A DNA stretch of 57,893 bases from Verrucomicrobiota bacterium (lineage in GTDB: Bacteria > Verrucomicrobiota > Verrucomicrobiia > Opitutales > Seribacteraceae), in NCBI GenBank assembly GCA_027622665.1, contig JAQBYT010000023.1, forward strand, positions 1 to 57,893, written 5' to 3'. The notes below the pieces were generated by a model. The model was not told the DNA's origin, did no database searches, and saw only the letters and a program-made list of their open reading frames with translations. Positions 8,098 through 17,000 of this stretch are shown piece by piece (position 1 is the first letter of the stretch; every line of letters starts with the position of its first letter). The translations under genes and the position numbers were made by a program.

Positions 8098-9477
8098 ATG
8101 AACGCCAACGCATTCGGTTGCGAAGAGTTTCGTAGAAACCTTGCGATTGACCGACGTGGTTTCGTCAAGGCAGGCGCCTTGGGCATGGCGGGGCTTTCCT
8201 TGCCCCAAGTGTTAAAGGCCGAAAGCACTGCTGATGCGGCAAAGACTTCCAACGAGAAGTCCGTCATCATACTGTGGCAGCGGGGAGGCCCCAGTCAGCA
8301 CGAGACATGGGATCCAAAACCAGACGCTCCACAGGATTACCGTGGAGCTTTCGGCGCGATGTCCACCAACGTGCCCGGCATACAAATTTGCGACCTCTTG
8401 CCGAAGTGCGCCAAGGTGATGGACAAATTTTCCATTATTCGAAGCCTCTACCATACCGATGCAGGGCATTCCGCCGGCGACCAGATAATGTTCACGGGGT
8501 ATCCGCCAAACAAGGGAAACCCTAATGAGAACTATTATCCGAGCTGCGGCTCGATCGTAGCTGAGCAACAAGGGCACTTGAATCCCGAATTGCCTCCCTA
8601 CGTTATGATTCCCAAGCGTCTGCCCGGTGTCGACCCGGCTTACCTGGGGAAAAAATACGCCGCGTTCGAGACACAGGCCGATCCTGCCGTCGAAGGTCCC
8701 TTCAATCTACCAAATTTCTCCTTGGGAGATTCTCTTTCTCTTAACCGACTTGATTCCCGTAAGGGACTTCTAAAGTCTTTTGACGACATTCGGCGAGAGG
8801 TCGACGTTTCCGGTTCGATGGAAGCAGCCGATGGTTTCAACCAACAAGCCTTTGATATCCTGACAAGCCCGAAGGCTCGAGATGCTTTCGATTTGGATGC
8901 CGAGCCTCGCGCTCTTCGGGAGCGTTACGGCTTCATGCCCGAGTACAAGGCTCCCACGCCTGATCGTTGCGGCGTGCCCGCATGGAGTCAGCGCATGCTC
9001 TTGGCTCGACGATTAGTGGAGGCCGGCGTACGTCTCGTGACTGTTGACCTTCGATGGTGGGATACGCACGTCAAAGGGTACGAAACTATGCGCGACGGAT
9101 TTCTCCCCAGATGGGACCAAGCCTATTCGGCTTTGTTGCAGGATCTTGAAGATCGTGGATTATCGGACAATGTAATGGTCGTGGCTTGGGGAGAATTTGG
9201 TCGTACTCCCAAGGTGAACTCTACCGGCGTGCGAGATCATTATCCGAATGTCTTCAGCGCCTCCGTTTCAGGTGGAGGAATCCAGGGTGGGCGGGTCGTC
9301 GGGGAATCGGATTCCAAGGGCGCTGAACCAAAGGAGCGTCCCGTGAAACCTCAAGATGTTTTGGCGACGATGTATCGGCATCTCGGCATCGACGTCACCA
9401 AGCAGTACCTCGATCATGGGGGACGTCCTGTTCCCGTTTTGCCATTCGGGACACCGATCGACGAGTTGTTTTCCTAG
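8098..9477 (+). CDS. DUF1501 protein, copy 3
   Basis: DRRGFVKAG, GGPSQHETWDPKPDAP, ARRLVEAGVR, WDTH, WGEFGRTP. Confidence 0.93.
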   Translation: MNANAFGCEEFRRNLAIDRRGFVKAGALGMAGLSLPQVLKAESTADAAKTSNEKSVIILWQRGGPSQHETWDPKPDAPQDYRGAFGAMSTNVPGIQICDLLPKCAKVMDKFSIIRSLYHTDAGHSAGDQIMFTGYPPNKGNPNENYYPSCGSIVAEQQGHLNPELPPYVMIPKRLPGVDPAYLGKKYAAFETQADPAVEGPFNLPNFSLGDSLSLNRLDSRKGLLKSFDDIRREVDVSGSMEAADGFNQQAFDILTSPKARDAFDLDAEPRALRERYGFMPEYKAPTPDRCGVPAWSQRMLLARRLVEAGVRLVTVDLRWWDTHVKGYETMRDGFLPRWDQAYSALLQDLEDRGLSDNVMVVAWGEFGRTPKVNSTGVRDHYPNVFSASVSGGGIQGGRVVGESDSKGAEPKERPVKPQDVLATMYRHLGIDVTKQYLDHGGRPVPVLPFGTPIDELFS

Positions 9478-9567
9478 TTTTCGCAGCAACCTCTCTTGAA
9501 AAAAGGTACAATCTTCAGGCGTTTCCATTGACTCGCTCGCACTTGCTCAAGAATATCTATCAATTAT

Positions 9568-12500
9568 ATGCTTAGAATCTGCTCCTTTGTTGCCTTTCCG
9601 GCTCTCTTTTCTCTTGTTTTCGGACAATTGCCTTCAGCTCGATTTGATCGAATCTATCCACCCTCAGCCAAACAGGGCACTGAGGTCGAGGTGAAGATCG
9701 CCGGAGTCGATCTGGAGGGCCTGAAGTGGATGAAGTTTTCCCATGATGCTCTTAAGGCAGAGCCTAAGAAGGATGACGATGGCGAAATTGTGCCCAATGT
9801 ATACCTCGTGAAAATCGCCGGAAACGCACCCCTTGGCATTCACAAGGCTTGGATCGGTGGTGGCAAATTCGGTGCATCGAACTACCGTTCCTTTGTCGTA
9901 GGCGACTTGCCCGAAGTGGAAGCCGGCTCCGGAGGTGCCTCGATGGAAAAACCTTTTGAGATGGAACTTGGGCAAACTGTTCTTGGAAAGGCTCCTGCAG
10001 GTAAATACGGTTGGTTCAAGTTCGCCGCCAAAAAGGGCCAACGGATATTGGCGGAGGTTACGACCAAGGACATAGACTCCCAGCTCATGCCCTCCATCTC
10101 TCTTTACAATGCTGCCGGATTACAGCTCGAAAATGATCCTCAGGGTGGTTTGTTGGATTTTACCGCTTCCTCCGATGGGGACTTCTTCGTGCGACTTAAC
10201 GATTTTCTCTACAAGGGTGGCGATGACTATGTTTACCGCCTCTCAGTTACGACTAGAGCGCGTATCGATATGGTCTACCCTCCCTTGGGTAAGGCAGGAA
10301 CGAATGCAAAATTTACCGTCTATGGACGCAACTTGCCCGGTGGGCAACCATCCGAATGGAAGACTCGAGACGGCAAGATTCTTGAGAAGAAGGAGATACA
10401 GGTTCAACTTCCCGCCGGGGATGCTCGGGCGAAACTGACATTGACGGACTATCTTGATCCGCGTCGGGCTGCTCTCGACCACCTGGAATACAGGCTCAAG
10501 TCACCACAAGGCACCTCCACCGCAGCTTTCATCGGTTACGGAGTCGAGAACCCGATTTACGAGACCGACTCCGACAATGACCTTCCGGAAAAAGCTCAGG
10601 TGGTGAACGTTCCTTGCGAGTTCGTAGGTAAATTTTATCCTTCCGCCGACAAGGACAGGATTCGCTTTAGCGCGAAGAAAGGGGACACTTACCGCATAGA
10701 AATTCTGTCCGAGCGTTTAGGGCGTCCTTCCCACGCGTTCCTCCTTCTGGAGCAGTTGACCAAGAAGGACGACGGCAATGAAACGGCCAAGGAAATTGGA
10801 CAATCTCTGGAAACCACCTCGACTCTTGGCGGACAAATCTTCGACATCTCGACTCGCGACCCTTCTTTACGTTTTGAAGCTTCCGCGGATGCAGATTACC
10901 GTATCCTCGTCTACGACCTCTTCAATTCTTCGTCCGATCCTTTGAACGTCTATCGGCTTTCCATCCGCAAGGAGTCGCCCGACTTTCGTCTCGCGGCCTA
11001 TGGCGTGCTTCCTCCTCCGGCTCAAAATGCCAGTCCCATATTTGTCAAGTCGCCAACCATTCGCAAGGGGGAAGCTTTTCCCGTAAAGGTCTTGGCTCTA
11101 AGGCGAGATGGCTTCAAGGAAGCCATTGACTTGGAGGTCGTGGGATTGCCGGCTTTCATTTCTTACTCCCCGAAACGGATACCTGTGGGAGCGGATTCAG
11201 TGACTGTTCTTTTTCAAGCCTCTGACAAGGCGACCGATTGGGATGGCTTATTCTCGATGACAGGTAAATCCAAGGTGGGCGGCAAGGATGTTCGCAGGGA
11301 TTGTCGATTTGCGGACGTATGTTGGAGCTCCTACGACAACCAAGACAAGATAGCGGTGTCGCACATCCAAGTCGTCCAGAAGACTCCCCTAGCCGTTATG
11401 GGTCGCGAAAGCACCCCCGTGAGGGTCGTTTTCGACGATGCCAAGTTGGCTGAGACTGCCAAAAAGGCCGTCGAGAGTGCGGAGACAGCTTCCCAAGAGG
11501 CAGATGGAAAAGCGGTGGAGGCTCAATCCAAGTTGAAGGCTCCCGTGGATGCCGAGAGTAAGGCTGAACAGGAATTTGCCGCGAAAAAGAAAGAATTGGA
11601 AGACAAGGAGAAGGCCAGGGCGGACCTTGCCGACAACCGTATCAAAACTGCAAAGGAAAAGCTCGCTCAGGCTCAGTCGGCTGCTACCAAGGCTGATGCC
11701 GAAAGCAAGACGACCACCGCCGCCCAAAAGGCGGTCACTGTAGAGGTGACCAAAGCCAAGGCTTCCTTGGATGCTGCGGATAAGGCTGCCAAGGCCGCCG
11801 GAGTTACTGCTGTCGCCGCGAAGGGTAAGGCGACTACTGCCGCCGCTGTCTTAGCCACTGCCACCAAGAACATGGCCGTGAATAAGACCGCTGTTGCGAC
11901 TTCCAAGAAGGCTTTGGATGGATTGGTTGCAACGAAACAGAAGCCGGCTATGACTGCAGTTGCCTCAGCGACCACCGCCTTGACGGCGGCTACCGTGTTG
12001 AAGTCCACCGCCGACAAAACTCTGGCGACCGATAAGGCGAAGCTGACGAAAGCGACCACCGATTTTGAGGCTGCCGACAAGGTTGCCAAGACCGCCGAAG
12101 CTAATTCCAAGGCCTTCGCTGCAGATCCCAACAAGCCGAAACCCGAAAAGGACAAGGCTATGGCCGATGCCTTGGCGAAGCGGAAGCTTGCCACAGTGGC
12201 GATGACTGCGCTTGCCACGGCGACGACGGTCCATGCCACGGCCATGACAAAGGTGACCGCTGATGCCGCTGGCCTCACTACGGCGACCACCAAAAAGACC
12301 ACCGCCGAGAAGGGTCTTGTAGCCGTCAATCTCATGGTGACTAAGGCCATGGCTGATCTAAAGACCGCCGAGACGGCCCTTACTGCGACGGAGACCACGA
12401 TGAAGGCTGCCGCAACCGTCGACACCAAGGCAAAAACGGACTCGGCGGGGGCCGATAAACTGGCGACCGATACTCTCGCCTCGGTCACTACGGCCAAGAC

Positions 12501-14040
12501 GGCCCATGACCAACTAATTAATGCCAAGCTCAATCCGGCCAACCAAAAAGTAGTTGCTGCAGCCAAGACTTTGACGGATTCGAAGGCCATGGCGGATACG
12601 GTCGGCAAGGAAGTGGCTCAATTGGAGGTAGAACTAAAGAAAGCGATTCAGGAGATTGCGACTGTAACGACCGGAGTTAAGCAAACCGAGACCAATGTCA
12701 CTGCCGCCAAGGTATCGGCAGATAAGGCCCGATCCGAATTGGCATCCGCGAAAGCCGCCCAAGCCGGGAGGAAGGCCGAACTTGAGTACCGTAGGGTTGA
12801 GTTGGTTGCGGCCAACAAGCTCAAGGATACTCCATCTTCCGATTTGCGTGTATTCGAGACCGCCGTATCGGGAATCATCAAAATTCCGGTTAAGCTAGAT
12901 TCCACGGATGATTTCAAGGCCCAAACCAAGGTCAAAATCTACGGGCATTCGGAATTTTCCAAAGTCAAGGAGATCGATATCGACCCCAAGAAGAAGAACG
13001 AGGGGGTTCTCGAGTTGAACTTGGCAACTGCTAAGCTTCCCGCGGGGGAGTTTTCGCTTTTTTGTTCCGCTCAAGTGAAGGGAAAATACAAGATGGTTTC
13101 CGAGGACGAGGCCAAAAAGGCCACGGAAGACGCAAAGAAGGTAGATGAGCAGTTTAAGGCGGCCAAAGCAAAGGCAGCGGAAACCAAGAAGGCATTCGAT
13201 GAAGCCAAGAAGAAGTTGGACCAAGACAAAGCCGCCCAAAAGGCGGCGGAAGCCGAACTGGTTCGCACGAAGGCCGATCACGACAAGGCAAAAGTCGCCT
13301 GGGATTCTGGGGAAACCCAAGCCAAGCAAGCCGAAGATAAAACCAAGAGTATTCTTGCCGACGCCGGAAAGCCTCAACCTGAAAAGGACGCGGCTCAAAA
13401 GGATTCATCCGGCAAGCGAAAAGCCGCCAACGACTTGAAACTTGCCTTGGACAAGCTTCTCGCCGAGCGGCTAAAGCCAGCCGAGCAAAAGCTTGCCGAT
13501 TTGAGTAAGTCGCTTCCCTCGTCCGAGAAGACCCTTGCGGAAGCTGATGAAAAACAGAAGGACGGTGCATCCGAGTCGACGAAACTGGAGGCGAAGAAGA
13601 AGAAGGTCGATGCTTTGGCCAAGACTATAAACGATGCTTTCAATAAACCCAAGGATCTTACCGTAACCCTTTTCACCAACCCATTTACCCTGAAAGTACG
13701 GAAGGCGCCTGTCGAGGTGAAGCCAGTGGGCGACCAGGCGTTGAAAGCGGGCGAGAAGTTGTTGCTCGACGTAGGGATCGAACGTCTCTTCGGTTTCGCC
13801 GACCAAGTTAGTTTCAAGGTCGTTCCTCCAAATGGCGCCAAAGGAATTACCGCGAAGGCATTCAACGTGGTCAAGGATGGTTATGGCGCGACTTTGGAAC
13901 TCTCCAGCACTGTGGCCACTCCGGCAGGTGAGTATGAGTGCGAGCTCCAGGGAACCTTGACGTTCAACAACCAGAACATCACCATCAAGGAATCATTCGT
14001 TTTGAAGGTGGAGGCAGGCCCGGAGAAGAAAGCGGGCTAA
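9568..14040 (+). CDS. secreted PPC (pre-peptidase C-terminal)-domain protein with two long Ala/Thr/Lys coiled-coil insertions
   Basis: N-terminus IYPPSAKQGTEVEVKIAGVDLE, SNYRSFVVGDLPEV, F.AKKG PPC repeats; low-complexity helical inserts at about 11440-12830 and 13100-13650. Confidence 0.88.
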   Translation: MLRICSFVAFPALFSLVFGQLPSARFDRIYPPSAKQGTEVEVKIAGVDLEGLKWMKFSHDALKAEPKKDDDGEIVPNVYLVKIAGNAPLGIHKAWIGGGKFGASNYRSFVVGDLPEVEAGSGGASMEKPFEMELGQTVLGKAPAGKYGWFKFAAKKGQRILAEVTTKDIDSQLMPSISLYNAAGLQLENDPQGGLLDFTASSDGDFFVRLNDFLYKGGDDYVYRLSVTTRARIDMVYPPLGKAGTNAKFTVYGRNLPGGQPSEWKTRDGKILEKKEIQVQLPAGDARAKLTLTDYLDPRRAALDHLEYRLKSPQGTSTAAFIGYGVENPIYETDSDNDLPEKAQVVNVPCEFVGKFYPSADKDRIRFSAKKGDTYRIEILSERLGRPSHAFLLLEQLTKKDDGNETAKEIGQSLETTSTLGGQIFDISTRDPSLRFEASADADYRILVYDLFNSSSDPLNVYRLSIRKESPDFRLAAYGVLPPPAQNASPIFVKSPTIRKGEAFPVKVLALRRDGFKEAIDLEVVGLPAFISYSPKRIPVGADSVTVLFQASDKATDWDGLFSMTGKSKVGGKDVRRDCRFADVCWSSYDNQDKIAVSHIQVVQKTPLAVMGRESTPVRVVFDDAKLAETAKKAVESAETASQEADGKAVEAQSKLKAPVDAESKAEQEFAAKKKELEDKEKARADLADNRIKTAKEKLAQAQSAATKADAESKTTTAAQKAVTVEVTKAKASLDAADKAAKAAGVTAVAAKGKATTAAAVLATATKNMAVNKTAVATSKKALDGLVATKQKPAMTAVASATTALTAATVLKSTADKTLATDKAKLTKATTDFEAADKVAKTAEANSKAFAADPNKPKPEKDKAMADALAKRKLATVAMTALATATTVHATAMTKVTADAAGLTTATTKKTTAEKGLVAVNLMVTKAMADLKTAETALTATETTMKAAATVDTKAKTDSAGADKLATDTLASVTTAKTAHDQLINAKLNPANQKVVAAAKTLTDSKAMADTVGKEVAQLEVELKKAIQEIATVTTGVKQTETNVTAAKVSADKARSELASAKAAQAGRKAELEYRRVELVAANKLKDTPSSDLRVFETAVSGIIKIPVKLDSTDDFKAQTKVKIYGHSEFSKVKEIDIDPKKKNEGVLELNLATAKLPAGEFSLFCSAQVKGKYKMVSEDEAKKATEDAKKVDEQFKAAKAKAAETKKAFDEAKKKLDQDKAAQKAAEAELVRTKADHDKAKVAWDSGETQAKQAEDKTKSILADAGKPQPEKDAAQKDSSGKRKAANDLKLALDKLLAERLKPAEQKLADLSKSLPSSEKTLAEADEKQKDGASESTKLEAKKKKVDALAKTINDAFNKPKDLTVTLFTNPFTLKVRKAPVEVKPVGDQALKAGEKLLLDVGIERLFGFADQVSFKVVPPNGAKGITAKAFNVVKDGYGATLELSSTVATPAGEYECELQGTLTFNNQNITIKESFVLKVEAGPEKKAG
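11809..12465 (+). repeat. coiled-coil coding segment homologous to 16075-16731
   Basis: Colinear with a constant 4266-nt offset at three anchors: KxKATT (11821/16087), KRKLA (12178/16444), DKLA (12454/16720). Confidence 0.9.
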
Positions 14041-14091
14041 TAATAGGGCTTTTTTGAAGAATTTATTTCCGGCTAAGTAGTTATTAAAAAT

Positions 14092-17000
14092 ATGAAAACT
14101 TTCACTATCGTTGCATCTTCCATTTTGCTTTGCGGGAATGTCTTTGGAGCTGGTTTGGAGGTAAAGGAGCTCAAACGAGACAAACCAGTCGACTTCCAGT
14201 CCGAGATCTTGCCAATCTTGCGAAGCAATTGCTTGGCTTGCCACAACCGTACTCGCTCCAAGGGTGACGTTATCCTAGAGACACCTGCAGACATACGAAA
14301 GGGTAACGACGACGGTTCTTTCGTTGAACCCGGAAAGGCCAAGGACAGTTTTCTTTTCACAATTGCCGCCCATCTGGACGATCCTGTCATGCCGCCTTCC
14401 AAGAACAAGGTCGGCGCCAAGAACATGAAGCCGGATGAACTTGGATTGCTGAAGTTGTGGATTGAGCAAGGCGCCAAGGGAGAAATGCGAGCAGCCGCAC
14501 CGGTGGTATGGCAATCCTATCAACGGGAAACCCCTCCGATTTATGCCGTTGCCGCCGGTCCTCATGGGCGTTTCGCCGCTGCCGGTCGCGGCAACCAAAT
14601 CCATCTCTACGATGCGACTGTCGGCAAGATGCTCGCCAATCTTACCGATCCGTCGCTGGCCAAGCACGGATTCTACGGTGCAAACGATGCGGCTCATCTA
14701 GACGTGGTCAACGCTCTGGCCTTTCATCCCAATGGCCGTCTTCTTGCCTCGGGTGGTTTTCGGGTCGTTAAACTTTGGCAAAGATCGGCTCCCGCTAAGA
14801 AAAAGGAATTTGTGGTCAAGGCTTTGGATGGTGTTCGAGCAGTGAGTTCCGATGGGAAATGGCTCGCAGTGGCCGAGGAAAACAACCAAACGGGCCTATG
14901 GGATCTTAGCCAAGGTAAGCGCGTTCGAGGTCTTGAAAAGCTGCAACCGCCCGTCAAAGGTCTCGCATTTTCCCCCAATTCCGCCCGACTCGTGTCAGGT
15001 GCGATCGACGGTTCCGTTCGTGTTTGGAACGTAGCCGACGGCAAATTAGTGGCCGAGACCGTTCACGAGCAGGGTGCCGGTTCTGTTGCGATATTGGGTG
15101 AAGAGGGCAAGTGGTTCGCCTCCGCTCATGCCGACAAGATCATACGAGTTTGGGAGCTTCCGGCAGAGCAGGGCGGCGAGGTCAAGATGCTCAAGGAATT
15201 AAAGGGGCACACCGGGGACGTGACCATTCTTGTAGCTATGCCTAACGATCCCAAGCAACTTGTTTCCGGAGCCAAGGACAACACTGCCCGTATTTGGAGT
15301 GCCGAAGGGGGTACTGCGATTCGAAGTATTAGCGTGGGGGTCCCTGTGCTTTCCCTTGCCGTTTCTTCCGATGGTCAGCGAATTGCCACTTCGGATGGAA
15401 GTAATGTCGTGCGCTTGTGGAATGCAACCAATGGTCAGAAAGTCGTCGATTTGCAAGGGAACACCAGATTGTCTCGAGATACTTCTCGCGAGGATGGTGA
15501 ACTCGCCTTCTCTAAGGCCGAGGTAAAGTACTTTACCGACGAACTGAAGAAGCGTGGCGACGAGAAGAAGACAGTAATCGATCGCAGGACCAAGGGCGAG
15601 AAGGACCTCAAGACTGCTCAGGAAAAACCTATAGCCGAGAAAAAAGTTGCCTCCGACAAGGCTAGGACCGAGCGAGATGCTGCTGACAAAAAGGTTGAGG
15701 AAACTACGAAGAAGGCCGAAGAAACTCAAAAGGCTTTCGAAGCAAAGGAGACCGCCTCCAAGGAAGCGGACGCCAAGTCCAAGGACGCAACAGCCAAGGC
15801 CACGGCCCCGGAAGCTGCCGAGAAGAAGGCTGTGGAGGATGTTGCCGTCAAGAAGACTGCCGCTGCCGCTGCCCAAAAGGCCTTGGATACCTTCATCGCT
15901 ACCATGCAGAAACCTGCCACGACGGCCGCGACGACCGCTGCAACCGGCTTGACCAAGGCGACTACTGACAAGGCCGCTGCGGACAAGGCTCTCGTCACTG
16001 CCAAGACTGTATTGACGAAGGCGACTACGGATTCTCAAGCCGCCGACAAGGTGTCTGCGGCCGTCGCCGCCGCCGCCGCCACTGCCAAGACGAAGGCGAC
16101 GACTGCCGCCACTGCCTTGGCCAACGCCACCAAGGATACTACCACCAAGAAAACTACGGTTGCCACGGCGAAGAAGGCGTTGGACACGCTAGTCCCCACC
16201 GAACAGAAGCCCGCTATGACTGCTGCGACGACGGCTGCAACCGCCTTGTCCACGGCGACCACTGACAAGACCGCTGCGGACAAGGCTCTCGCCACTGCCA
16301 AGACGACCCTGACGAAGGCGACCACGGACTACAATAACGCTGAGGCTGTAGCCAAGACGGCGGAAGCCAAGGCGAAGGCCATTGCCCTTGAGACCCAGAA
16401 GCCCCAGGCGGAAAAGGACAAGGCTACTGCTGATGCCGTCGCCAAACGCAAGCTTGCAACCACTGCGAAGACTGTTCTCACCACCGCGACGACCGTTCAC
16501 ATCGCGGCCACGGCAAAGGCTACTGCCGCCGGCACGGTCTTTACCACCGCTACCACCAACAAGGCGAATGCGGACAAGGCCCTTGTCGGCATCAATCAAA
16601 TGGTAACCACTGCCATGGCTACCCTGAAGGCGGCCGAAACGGCTCTTACTGCGGCCGAAGCCGTTACGAAAACCGCCGTGACTGCCGATGCCAAGGCCAA
16701 GACTGACTTGGCTGCCGCGGACAAGCTTGCAGGGGAGAAGAGGGCTTTGGCGACAACTGCCAAGACGGTCCTGACCACCGCGACGACAGCACAAACTACG
16801 GCCACGACCATGGCTACCGTCACAGGCACTGCCTTCACTACCGCCACCACCAACAAGGCGAATGCGGACAAGGCTTTGGTTACGGCTGAAGCCGGAGTGA
16901 AAAAGGCTCGCGAAACTCTTGCGGCTTCACAAGTGGCCTTGACGGAATCAGAGAAAAAGGCTGTCGCCGAAAAAGTGATTGCCGACAAGGCCCGAAAGGT

